Shown one piece after another: positions 36,208 through 45,528 of a DNA stretch of 64,000 nucleotides. Position numbers and translations under genes: made by a program. The DNA comes from Candidatus Bathyarchaeota archaeon (GTDB lineage Archaea > Thermoproteota > Bathyarchaeia > 40CM-2-53-6). The DNA lies in assembly GCA_963733055.1 (NCBI GenBank), contig CAVTBR010000001.1, positions 1,248,001 to 1,312,000 of the forward strand, given 5' to 3'. Below the pieces are notes generated by a model that did no database searches, was not told where the DNA came from, and was given only the letters and a program-made list of their open reading frames with translations. Every line of letters begins with the position of its first letter. Positions within the stretch are counted from its first letter, which is position 1.

Positions 36208-37137
36208 CTAATTTTTCGTTCGGTCGAGGGCTGCCGCCGTAAGTAGGGGAAACAGAACGGTGGAGTCTCCGACCACGGTAACGAGCTTTTTCGGGCTTTT
36301 GATCTTACCCCAGCTTATCGCTTCCTCAAGGGGTGCACCACTGAACCCGCCACCATCCGCTCGATCGAGAGTGATCTGTATCGCGGCGTCTACGCCGCCC
36401 CTATAGGTGTTGGCGATTAGCGCCTGGTGTTTCGGCATGCCTCCTCCCAGAATTATCACGCCAACCTTCCTCCTTTCGTACGTCATGTCAACGAGTTTTG
36501 AAAAGTCTCTGAAGGGGTTGACGACGAGTGTGTGGAGTCGGCTGTAGGTCCAGAGGTGGAGGCCGAGCATTGAATCGAAGATGCCGGGACAAAAGATCGG
36601 CGCTCCACGAGCCTGAGCGGTATGGAGAAGCGAGTTCCTATCCCGAATCTGTTCTCCGAATTCCCATAACAGTTCGTAGCTTCCGATGTTCTTCCGTTTC
36701 GCTTCGGGGATGCGGTTCAGCATCCGGTAGGTAGCTTTCTCGAGGGCTTCGATTCCCTCTTGAGTCACTAACAGGTCGTAGATTCTTGATAGGCCGCGTT
36801 TGCGAAGTTTCGTATCGTCCGCTGTTTCGGATCCCACGATATGCCTATGTCCCAACGCTTCGAGAAAATCATGCGTAACGTTTGCACCGGTCGGAACAAC
36901 CGCATTGACATACTCACCGTCCACCAGATCTCTGATTACTGTTCTAAGGCCGCCCGGGATCAGTGGTCCGGCTACGGAGAGAATGATTGTGTAGTTTCTG
37001 TCTTGAAACATTTCACTGAGTATTCTCGCGGCTTTGCCGAACCTTCCCATGCCAAGAACTTTCACGGCCTCCATTCGTTCGGCTATGTTGGAGACCGTCA
37101 TTCGTTTCTTGATTTTGATCTGGGACACTAACGGCAT
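36208..37137 (-). CDS. dys: Deoxyhypusine synthase
   Basis: 'TGANVTHD', 'ILGGGMPKH', 'SGAPLEEAISWGK'; downstream of aIF5A. Confidence 0.93.
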   Translation of the reverse strand: MPLVSQIKIKKRMTVSNIAERMEAVKVLGMGRFGKAARILSEMFQDRNYTIILSVAGPLIPGGLRTVIRDLVDGEYVNAVVPTGANVTHDFLEALGHRHIVGSETADDTKLRKRGLSRIYDLLVTQEGIEALEKATYRMLNRIPEAKRKNIGSYELLWEFGEQIRDRNSLLHTAQARGAPIFCPGIFDSMLGLHLWTYSRLHTLVVNPFRDFSKLVDMTYERRKVGVIILGGGMPKHQALIANTYRGGVDAAIQITLDRADGGGFSGAPLEEAISWGKIKSPKKLVTVVGDSTVLFPLLTAAALDRTKN

Positions 37138-37175
37138 GGCAGGGGCACCGCGGGATAGGGGTTGGTGGAGGGGGA

Positions 37176-37571
37176 TTAACCCTTGGTTCGCATTATCTTG
37201 TTCTGGCCCATCATTTGCCAATACTCAACCTCAACGCCTGGCGCCAACTTAGACTTGATCTCCTCATCCTCAGGCGCGGGGGTCTCGAAGGTTTCGTAGC
37301 TTTCCATATCCATCACCTGCACATTATTACCCACTAAAGCTAAGATTTGTCCCGTTTTCTTTTCGATCATGGGAACCTCCGCGCGGCCGTCCACGCCGCC
37401 GATCAGATTCTTCTTCGTTCCAGTTGTTACGCTGATGGCTACAATTCTAGCCTTAGCGGCCCCATGCTTTCCCGGCTTTGACTTTTCGAACTCCACTATC
37501 TTGCAAGGTTCCCCATCGATAATCACGTAATGCCCGATCTTCAGGGACCCAATGTCAACTGGTTTGCTCAG
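37176..37571 (-). CDS. eif5a: Translation factor aIF5A, CTG start
   Basis: Hypusine motif '[10 protein letters not shown]'; frame extends as (CTG)[22 protein letters not shown]. Confidence 0.95.
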   Translation of the reverse strand: MSKPVDIGSLKIGHYVIIDGEPCKIVEFEKSKPGKHGAAKARIVAISVTTGTKKNLIGGVDGRAEVPMIEKKTGQILALVGNNVQVMDMESYETFETPAPEDEEIKSKLAPGVEVEYWQMMGQNKIMRTKG

Positions 37572-37701
37572 TGTTCTTCGCCCGTAAGCCTAAACTCGAA
37601 AGCAGTTTAGGTCCAGTCTTCGTCTAAAAGGTTAACTCGTCCCGATTCTCCGGGCAAACTAGACAGTGGCCTTTGGCGGATTAGCGATTGATAGGTCGAA
37701 C

Positions 37702-38280
37702 TTAGTCTTTGATGGAAACTGTTGCCCAGCGATTTAGGAAACCCTCGCCGTTTTCACTAATTCTGAAACTCTCCAGCATTCGCCCCCATTCTTCCTTGGT
37801 GACCGCCTTTGGATCTGTCTTCCTGTACAATTTGGTGACACTGAGGTAGGCTAGTCCTTCGGGCTTCAGAATACGCTTGATCTCCCCGATTGCACCTGCA
37901 TGGTCTACCATGCAACAAAGAACGCCGTTTGCGAACACAAAGTCAACCGACCGATCAGGTATCGCTCCCAAGCTGGCGGCAGAAGTGGTATGCGCCTCGA
38001 TGATGTTTCCAAGCCCCTGAGCGTCTGATTTCGCTTTCAGCATCTTGATTGATTTCGGATCCGAATCCGCTGCGTATACTTTCCCTGTTGATCCGACCAG
38101 TTCGGCTATTGGGATGGTGAAGTAACCCGGTCCGCAGCCGACATCCGCGACAACACTTCCCGCTGAGAGGAATCTTGATACTTTCTTCTTCGGAGGAGAG
38201 AACCGACGCCGTAGAAAATTATCCATGACAAATGTGGGAAGATGCCTATCATTCGTTTTGCAACATGCGGCTTGCATCAC
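37702..38280 (-). CDS. Class I SAM-dependent methyltransferase
   Basis: 'VADVGCGPG', 'SVDFVF', 'RILKPEG'. Confidence 0.9.
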   Translation of the reverse strand: MMQAACCKTNDRHLPTFVMDNFLRRRFSPPKKKVSRFLSAGSVVADVGCGPGYFTIPIAELVGSTGKVYAADSDPKSIKMLKAKSDAQGLGNIIEAHTTSAASLGAIPDRSVDFVFANGVLCCMVDHAGAIGEIKRILKPEGLAYLSVTKLYRKTDPKAVTKEEWGRMLESFRISENGEGFLNRWATVSIKD

Positions 38281-38405
38281 TAGATTCCAGACCCTCCTCC
38301 CGTTATCCTATCGCTTAGAATACATCCGGTATCCAAGATTCACACCAATTTAGACTAGACGGGAATCCGGTCTGTTACCTCTCCCTCTGGGCACTTTACC
38401 ATCCA

Positions 38406-38639
38406 GTGCCCAATAGGGTAAGGTCCGAAGACTTGACCGCTCCTAGGATCGGTGGATTGTTCATGTCTGTCAACGATTGTAGGTACTGCAACAATTGTGG
38501 CGGCAAATGGATTCGGATTACTGTGCTCCACAAGCGTACGTTCATTTTCAAACGTTGCCCACACTGCCAGAAAGATGTGGGGCGGAAGACGGGGCAACTG
38601 ACTCTACTCGACTTGCAACATCATGGCGAAAATCCATAA
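38406..38639 (+). CDS. Small Cys-rich zinc-finger protein
   Basis: 'CRYCNNC...CPHC'. Confidence 0.4.
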   Translation: MPNRVRSEDLTAPRIGGLFMSVNDCRYCNNCGGKWIRITVLHKRTFIFKRCPHCQKDVGRKTGQLTLLDLQHHGENP

Positions 38640-38995
38640 TCAAGTGTAACTTCTTCGTTCTGTTCAATATCGCGTATTGCAACTAGAATCGCCATATCGC
38701 CGTCCCAAACGATTTTGCTATTCGGATTGCTCGAGTGATTGATGAAAGATTCTGGATAATCTCCTCCGAAGCCTACGAGGTATACGTGTGGTCTAACGTA
38801 CAGGTAGTATTTCGCTGAGGCGTCATTCGGTAATTCGTGAGTATACGGTCCATCCCAAATCGCAATTTGAGAATCCTTCTCAATTCGGCGAGAGGCAAAG
38901 GCTCCGAACCCTTCGATTTTTGATAGAGCCTTATACAACGGAACTTGCGACAATATACTCGATAACCCGATGCTCAGTCTGCATGACCGCAGCAT
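38621..38995 (-). CDS. Minimal SET-domain lysine methyltransferase
   Basis: 'GFGAFA', 'FINHSSNPN', 'AIRDI..NEEVTLDYG'. Confidence 0.85.
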   Translation of the reverse strand: MLRSCRLSIGLSSILSQVPLYKALSKIEGFGAFASRRIEKDSQIAIWDGPYTHELPNDASAKYYLYVRPHVYLVGFGGDYPESFINHSSNPNSKIVWDGDMAILVAIRDIEQNEEVTLDYGFSP

Positions 38996-39064
38996 TATCT
39001 GGGAAAGAACCTTCGATCAGTTTTCCGAAGAAGAGGTTGCTAATTGAATGGCGATGGGCGCGGG

Positions 39065-39373
39065 TTAAACTACTTGTTTCTTCGACCGCTTGACCACCAA
39101 GAATACGAGCGCAACAAAAACACCTAGAAGAATTGACTCAATTGGAAAGCCCGGGATATTCGTCAAACCCCCTGCTGAGGACGACAGAGATGACAGCACG
39201 CTTGAGACCTGCGTGACTACGTTAGTCTGTGTTTGAAGCGCGTAACTCGTAGTCACCGGATTCGCTGTGAGTTGTGTAGTGTTGGCTGTCTGGGTAGGGC
39301 TAGGCGACGCGTACAATGCTGTCGAGAATGCAACTGACAACAAAACGACGCAGATTAACAGCTTTCCAAACAA
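39065..39373 (-). CDS. Small Ser/Thr-rich surface protein with PGF-CTERM-like signal
   Basis: Signal peptide, S/T linker, 'IPGFP' + TM + KRSKK. Confidence 0.7.
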   Translation of the reverse strand: MFGKLLICVVLLSVAFSTALYASPSPTQTANTTQLTANPVTTSYALQTQTNVVTQVSSVLSSLSSSAGGLTNIPGFPIESILLGVFVALVFLVVKRSKKQVV

Positions 39374-39538
39374 GAATCCTTACACATAATTCGGGATACC
39401 GTCTGCGATATAAAAGACCTTGTTGAGGACTCTAAACGACCAGGTTCTCGGGGTAAAGCAAAGTTGACCGCGGCTGTGAAGGATTCGTTGCGCTAAATCA
39501 TAATACGCGTAGACTGTTCTTGTACGCTTTGCTAGTAC

Positions 39539-41185
39539 TTGACGGAACGGTTCGAAATGCGCTCGCAACTAATGATTCGGTCAATTGCTTGGGTGAAGCG
39601 ATGTGTTCGATTGCTGAGGCCTTATTCGAAAATTATCGTAGTGGGATTGTTACTGCGTCTTCTGCTCATGCCGTTTGCGATCCAAGGGGATATTGTATTT
39701 CATACTTGGATTGCCAACTTCATTATCCATGGGCATCTGAACGTATACAATTACTACTTTCAACGATTTCAATCAGTCAACTATCCGCCAGGTGTTATCA
39801 TTACGCCGTTCCCGCCGTTGTTCTACGTTCTCGATGGAGCCTATCTCTTCATTTTGGAAAAGCTTGGAGTCTTCAGCTTTCTAGGCGTTTGGACCACTTG
39901 GAATATTCCCAGCGCAATCTCAGAGACTCTAAGCAACCCGGCATACAGTATAGGCAGCGGAGCGTACAACACGCAGAACAGAGTCTTCTTCTTCCTAAAG
40001 CTACCTTACTTGTTATTCGACATTTTTGGGCTCGTAGCACTTTTGGGTGTCTTAGAAAAAAAAGACCGTGCGGCTGGGGCTGCGGCGTGGATGCTCAACC
40101 CCTTCATACTGTATATCACATACGGCTGGGGTCAAACTGACATCTTGGCCGCCTCATTTACCGTGGCTGCCCTCTATTTCGCGAAGATGATGATGGCGAC
40201 TAAACGGGCCAAGTTTGGGATTCTTGCTTGTCTTTCATTGGGGTTTGCGGCTTCATTCAAGCCTTTCGCCTTGGCTCTTCTTCCGATCTTCTCGCTTTTC
40301 GCATCAAAGAACACGAAGACATCTTGGTTCCAGTATTTTGCTGCCGGATTATCGCCATTCATTCTCGCGATCCCGTTTATCTCACGGCCCTTCCTTCAGA
40401 TGATTTTTGCCTACGGTGGGTACTTTACCGCACGCAACTTCAACCTACCCTGGGGCTCGCAGTTCACGATTTATGTCGCATTCGCCGTCTACCTCGCTTT
40501 GATCTACTATCTCCTTGTCGTGGAGGATTTCGGTTTCGATAACCTGCTCACAGCATGTTTGATTGTATTCTCAGCGTTGTATGGTCTAACGGTTTGGCTT
40601 CCTAACTGGATCCTATGGGGGATACCGTTCGTATTGCTTGCGCTTTTGCGACGGCCAAAACTATTCGGAGTCTACCTGCTGACGACCATATTCTATTTCG
40701 TGTTTGTTCAAGCTTGGGGTAACGCTCTCTGGTTGCGCTTGTTCTTCCCATTGACAGATAGGACGATAGTATCTGGTCCACTTGGAATGTTTCCCAATCT
40801 GTGGGAGGTTCTTCCGAACTACTTCACTCTCCTTGTTGGGTTGGCATATACTGGGATTGGCACTAGCATGGTCTTCATCACTTACTACACAGCAAAATAT
40901 GGGCAAGCGACGAAGCGCGGAGGGATTCGCCCAATCCAGTGGAGCATTGTGTTGCTCATTCCGATCTTGATGGGTGGTCTAAGCCTTTTCCTTGACCGGG
41001 CCCGACTCGTAGGGCAAAACATCACGGGCACCTTTTTGTCAAAGGTATTTCGCGACCCTGTCTTCTTTGGTTTCTACTTCGCACTCATCGGCTTATGTTT
41101 GGTCTGGCTCGTAATCAACATTCTACGCAAGCCTAAACCGGAATACACGCCCAACTCGGAACACGTGATCTGTGAAGCTTCATGA
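39539..41185 (+). CDS. GT-C fold membrane glycosyltransferase (GT87/ALG-like)
   Basis: Multi-TM; 'QGDI', 'PFPP', 'LKLPYLLFD', 'WMLNP', 'WGQTD', 'FKP'. Confidence 0.8.
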   Translation: MTERFEMRSQLMIRSIAWVKRCVRLLRPYSKIIVVGLLLRLLLMPFAIQGDIVFHTWIANFIIHGHLNVYNYYFQRFQSVNYPPGVIITPFPPLFYVLDGAYLFILEKLGVFSFLGVWTTWNIPSAISETLSNPAYSIGSGAYNTQNRVFFFLKLPYLLFDIFGLVALLGVLEKKDRAAGAAAWMLNPFILYITYGWGQTDILAASFTVAALYFAKMMMATKRAKFGILACLSLGFAASFKPFALALLPIFSLFASKNTKTSWFQYFAAGLSPFILAIPFISRPFLQMIFAYGGYFTARNFNLPWGSQFTIYVAFAVYLALIYYLLVVEDFGFDNLLTACLIVFSALYGLTVWLPNWILWGIPFVLLALLRRPKLFGVYLLTTIFYFVFVQAWGNALWLRLFFPLTDRTIVSGPLGMFPNLWEVLPNYFTLLVGLAYTGIGTSMVFITYYTAKYGQATKRGGIRPIQWSIVLLIPILMGGLSLFLDRARLVGQNITGTFLSKVFRDPVFFGFYFALIGLCLVWLVINILRKPKPEYTPNSEHVICEAS

Positions 41186-41228
41186 ATTCGTTCTCGCAAC
41201 TCATTCACGTTAATTCGGCTCAGGGAGA

Positions 41229-42236
41229 TTGATCATGAAACTATCGGTCATCATCAGTCCTTGGCGGCGTGAGGAGAGTGTCATACGAGTGATACACCGT
41301 GGCGCTCAACAGAGTCTTCAAAGAGAGGATTATGAGATGATAATTGTCGACAGGACCCCTGAGGGGTTCTACCGTGAGGCGGTTGAGATTCTCAAGGCCT
41401 CATCAAAAGTCAGTCTAGATTATTGCTTGCTAAACGACATGAGTAGAGCCCGAGCTAACAACACCGGTCTACGACGGGCTTCGAATGAAGTAACCCTCTT
41501 CTTAGCAGATGATTTCGTTCCCTCCTTCAATCTATTTGAGGAGCACCTCGCTTTTCACAGAGCCTCTCCTGCGGCTTCAACGGCGGTCAGTGGAGTGATG
41601 AGGTGGGATCCAGGCTTGCCCTTCACAGATCTGAGAAGGTGGGTGGAACTCAACATAACCACCGTGCCCCAACTGCTCCAAAATGAGCATCTTCACCCTC
41701 TTAACACGAGCTGCGCTAACTTCTCCGTGAAGAAGAGGTTCCTAGAGGAGAACGGCCTTTTCGATGAGGATTACCATGAGGAGGGTTATGATGACATAGA
41801 CCTTATCGTCCGACTAAACGCGGCAGGACTTACAGTAACCCTCGATCGTGAATTGATAACTTATCATGATGACCCGCTCGACTTACGAGAGCTGGCAAGG
41901 CGTTGGCGTTGCGTCGGACGGGGTGCAAGAGTCTTTGACATTAAACATCCAAACCTACGCCCGAACACGGAGCCACAAGACGCGACACAGCCAATTCCGA
42001 CGCTCTTTCTACAATGCGCCATTAGCGGTTCCTTATCGACGGTAACCAGACTTCGCGCCATGAGAGAATATCATTATCTGAAGCGACTCGAGCTCGCGTT
42101 CAAAAGAGGATACAACGATCCAATTGATGTTCACACACCTCAGCGACCACCCAGTCAAGGAGAGGCTCAGATTGGAAAATCATCCAAAGAAATGCTGCAC
42201 TCAGTAGTCGAAGAGAGTCGAAAAACACATCTCTAA
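41229..42236 (+). CDS. Glycosyltransferase family 2
   Basis: 'LSVII', 'FLADD', 'GLFDEDY...YDDIDL'. Confidence 0.85.
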   Translation: MIMKLSVIISPWRREESVIRVIHRGAQQSLQREDYEMIIVDRTPEGFYREAVEILKASSKVSLDYCLLNDMSRARANNTGLRRASNEVTLFLADDFVPSFNLFEEHLAFHRASPAASTAVSGVMRWDPGLPFTDLRRWVELNITTVPQLLQNEHLHPLNTSCANFSVKKRFLEENGLFDEDYHEEGYDDIDLIVRLNAAGLTVTLDRELITYHDDPLDLRELARRWRCVGRGARVFDIKHPNLRPNTEPQDATQPIPTLFLQCAISGSLSTVTRLRAMREYHYLKRLELAFKRGYNDPIDVHTPQRPPSQGEAQIGKSSKEMLHSVVEESRKTHL

Positions 42237-42299
42237 TCTGTAGGGCTGCTCGATTGTTCAAGCGAACCCCAACCGTTTCTCCTATAGGAATCTAGTTCG

Positions 42300-44309
42300 A
42301 TGGCGACGCTGAGCGCTCGCGATGAAGCAGAGCCGTGGATAAGTAGTATGACCAAATCCGAAGCAGATGCTTCCATCAGCGAGCTAGAGCTCAGATACCG
42401 AAATTTCCCGAAAGCTTTCCTGTTTTTTTCAAGCATTATTTTGGCTGTCTTCTTAGCGGTCGCTCTTCCCAGAAGGGTGGTAACCAACTTCGTGAGATCT
42501 CAAGCTTCGAGAATTGACCAGCTAACTCCACTCAACACTCCCCTCGGGGTGATTAGAAGGATGGTCGGCAACTGCCTTCTTCAAATCATGATCAAAGGCA
42601 CAAGAGGATTTCTCAAGGAGGCCACCGGTAGGCTGCTGCGGAAGGACTTACTTATCGAGACAATGACGACTATGGACGATGAATACCGGGTATGGCTTAA
42701 GCGTCACGCCTTCACACCGTCAAGGCTCAGGATGTTAGAGAACGACACATTGAGCCTCAGACGGTTACCGAGAATCTCCATCATAATGCCAGTCTACAAG
42801 ACTAATATTGCAATCCTACGACGAGCTATCAATTCTGTTCTTAGCCAAGTCTATCCGCACTGGCAGCTATGCATAGTCGACGATGGATCCCACAGTCCCA
42901 AGCTCAAGAAGATACTCTCAGCTTATGCTTCCAAGGACCGACGCATAACCTTGAGCGAGTTGGAAAAGAATAACGGCATCGCCGCTGCTTCCAATCACGC
43001 TCTCCACATGGCCACGGGAGAATTCGTGGGGCTCCTAGATCATGATGATGAATTGACACCTGACGCATGTCTAGAAGTCGTGAGGGCCTTAAACAACGGT
43101 CCCGACATCGACTTACTATATAGCGACGAGGACAAGCTAGATGAGTCTGGGAAGAGGGTTGAAGCATTCTTCAAGCCTGACTGGTCTCCTGACCTGATTC
43201 TTTCAGAGAACTACGTAAGCCACTTCTCAGTCTTCAGAAAAGTTGTGGTTGAGAGGATAGGAGGTTTCAGGAATGGGTTTGAAGGAAGCCAAGACTATGA
43301 TCTAATTCTTCGGGTGGCAGAAACGACGAATAGGATTCACCATGTGCCAAAACCGCTATACAGTTGGAGGAAGTTTCCGGGTTCCGCGGCTCACTCGCCA
43401 GATTCAAAACCTTACGCGTATAAATCAGCCAAGAGAGCGTTGCGCTCAGCTCTGGTAGCTCAAGGCATTGCCGCCGAAGTCACCGATGGTCGTCTCCTTG
43501 GTCAATATAGAGTCTCGTATCGGATTCATGGGAATCCATCCGTAAGCGTGATAGTGCTGGCGAGTGATGGCGGGTCATTGTATCGTTGCGTACGTAGCAT
43601 CAGGTCGAAATCAACCTACCCGCACCTTGACGTCGTCGTTTTACTCAACCACCGAGCCGAAGGGAACGAACAGGAAACCCTACGGAAGCTGGGATGCAGG
43701 ATAGTGGAATCCGATCGTGGCATCAGTTATTCGAGCATAAATGAAGTTGTCAAGACCCACGCGCTTGGCGATCACCTAGTCTTCTTGAGTGGCCGCATAG
43801 AGGTAGTCGCTCGTAACTGGGTTGAAAGCATGCTGCAACACAGTCAACGCGAAGAGGTGGGAGCAGTGGGCGGAAGACTGGTTCTTCCTAACGGCAACGT
43901 TCTCTTAGGCTTCTCAGGCTCAGGCGAGCACGCGTTTCGCATGGTTACCGCCGACTGGCCAGGCTACTTCGGGCTACAGGATGTTGTTCGTAATTGTTCT
44001 GCGGTTACGCTGCACTGCATGATGACAAAGAAGACCGTCTTTGAACATCTCCAGGGCTTCGACTCAGCTTTCAAAAGGGAACTAGCAGATGTTGACTTTT
44101 GCTTTAGAGCTAGAAAGAACGGTCTTAACATCGTCTACGAGCCCGACTCAGAAGTAAATTATCGATCGCCACCGGCTTCAATCACGTCCAGCTATTGTGA
44201 GTCAGATCACAAACGCTTCAGCAGGCGGTGGCATGGTCTTCTACGGCACGGAGACCCATATTACAACCCCAACTTGGATCCTAACCGACTCTACCACATT
44301 GCACGTTAA
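42300..44309 (+). CDS. Two-domain glycosyltransferase family 2
   Basis: 'ISIIMPVY', 'VDDGS', 'LDHDDEL', 'YSDEDK', 'KPDWSPD', 'GDPYYNPNL'; start uncertain. Confidence 0.9.
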   Translation: MATLSARDEAEPWISSMTKSEADASISELELRYRNFPKAFLFFSSIILAVFLAVALPRRVVTNFVRSQASRIDQLTPLNTPLGVIRRMVGNCLLQIMIKGTRGFLKEATGRLLRKDLLIETMTTMDDEYRVWLKRHAFTPSRLRMLENDTLSLRRLPRISIIMPVYKTNIAILRRAINSVLSQVYPHWQLCIVDDGSHSPKLKKILSAYASKDRRITLSELEKNNGIAAASNHALHMATGEFVGLLDHDDELTPDACLEVVRALNNGPDIDLLYSDEDKLDESGKRVEAFFKPDWSPDLILSENYVSHFSVFRKVVVERIGGFRNGFEGSQDYDLILRVAETTNRIHHVPKPLYSWRKFPGSAAHSPDSKPYAYKSAKRALRSALVAQGIAAEVTDGRLLGQYRVSYRIHGNPSVSVIVLASDGGSLYRCVRSIRSKSTYPHLDVVVLLNHRAEGNEQETLRKLGCRIVESDRGISYSSINEVVKTHALGDHLVFLSGRIEVVARNWVESMLQHSQREEVGAVGGRLVLPNGNVLLGFSGSGEHAFRMVTADWPGYFGLQDVVRNCSAVTLHCMMTKKTVFEHLQGFDSAFKRELADVDFCFRARKNGLNIVYEPDSEVNYRSPPASITSSYCESDHKRFSRRWHGLLRHGDPYYNPNLDPNRLYHIAR

Positions 44310-44431
44310 GCCATGTTCCGCAGTCAATTGGGAAACTTTCTCGGTTCGGTGAAATGAATTGAATAAGAAAGTTTTGAAAGGCGTTGGGTTCGACCAAGTT
44401 TTTCGTTAATGCATACCTGATTTGGGTCTAA

Positions 44432-45394
44432 CTATTGGCCAGCGTCCGTTAATCCGACATTCTGTAGCACCCGCATCGCTGCCAACGTGGACCAACGGCT
44501 CGGCACGATGGGGGGCTCGACCTCGAGTCTAACAGTTTCAGCCATCATCTTCGCATAGATCGGCTTGTAGGGTGGGTCACCTTCAGGGTCGACATCGGGG
44601 TGAGTGGCATCGAGTGCCCAACGACCGTCCACGGATCTTTTAGAAAGGAGCAAGTCGAGTGCGGGTTTGAGGCGCGCGTCCTTCGGGTCGCCTAGGGTTG
44701 TGGCCAGCTCAAGGCCTTGGAGGAAATCGTAGTAGTAATGTCTAGGGAAGTGGATGCGGCGCCAAGGCTCGTACCCCGCGTCGACGCCGAGATGTTGTTC
44801 GAGGAAAAATACAACGCCACGATTGATAGCATGTTCAACGTCAGTCGAGCGCTGTGACGAGGGGATCGTGCCTAGTGCGGCGAGCGGCTCCCATGAGTCG
44901 ACCGTGCTACCGGGCTCATCTTCGGGGAAGCAGTTCCAACCACCATCCGCGCGCTGATGCGCGAGGAGCCACTCGACACCTTTCTTCACGCGTGGGTCGC
45001 CGCCACGGTCGAAGTGCGTAGCTGTACGCACCATGTTTCCGGTGACACAGAGGTGGCTGTCGCTTCGTCCGAAACCTCCATCGGGTTTTGCGAAGGTTGC
45101 GAGGCATGCGTCCAGGGTTTTCGTGATGCGCTCATCGTTACTAGGCGCATTCATTTGGGCGAGGGCTATGAGTCGATGATAGGGCGCGCCGTACTTGGGC
45201 TCCCAAAGGTCGGTAGCGTTAGAGGTAACGGTCAAGCCGTTGAGGATTCTAGCAATTGAGCCATGGATGAGAGATTCTTTCTGTGCCGCCATCACTGCAG
45301 GGTCGTCGCGTGCGCGGCCGTCGAAATACATCAGAGCCTGTGCTCGCACACCAGGTTCAGTTGCATCTACGAGCCAGGCTGTGGTTGCATCCAT
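44432..45394 (-). CDS. Prenyltransferase/squalene-cyclase-repeat protein, paralog of 4682
   Basis: 'QRADGGWNC', 'FPRHYYYDFL', 'DGRWALDATHPD'. Confidence 0.75.
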   Translation of the reverse strand: MDATTAWLVDATEPGVRAQALMYFDGRARDDPAVMAAQKESLIHGSIARILNGLTVTSNATDLWEPKYGAPYHRLIALAQMNAPSNDERITKTLDACLATFAKPDGGFGRSDSHLCVTGNMVRTATHFDRGGDPRVKKGVEWLLAHQRADGGWNCFPEDEPGSTVDSWEPLAALGTIPSSQRSTDVEHAINRGVVFFLEQHLGVDAGYEPWRRIHFPRHYYYDFLQGLELATTLGDPKDARLKPALDLLLSKRSVDGRWALDATHPDVDPEGDPPYKPIYAKMMAETVRLEVEPPIVPSRWSTLAAMRVLQNVGLTDAGQ

Positions 45395-45528
45395 GCGGCT
45401 TCAGGGTTGGAGATGCCTGGAGGTTCTTTCAAAGTTTTTGAAATTTCAAGAACACATATTATGAGAGATTCATCAGATTGATGGTGCAACAACTAGGCGG
45501 GCAGTTGTCCAATAGGAGGCGAGGTTAG

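Noticed and set aside
45481-45528. Genome-wide amber (pyrrolysine) recoding suggested by the in-frame TAG before SulP
   Set aside because: TAG terminates many genes at their expected ends here (648, 9124, 11980, rpoF, rpl10e) and no pyl genes are present in the window
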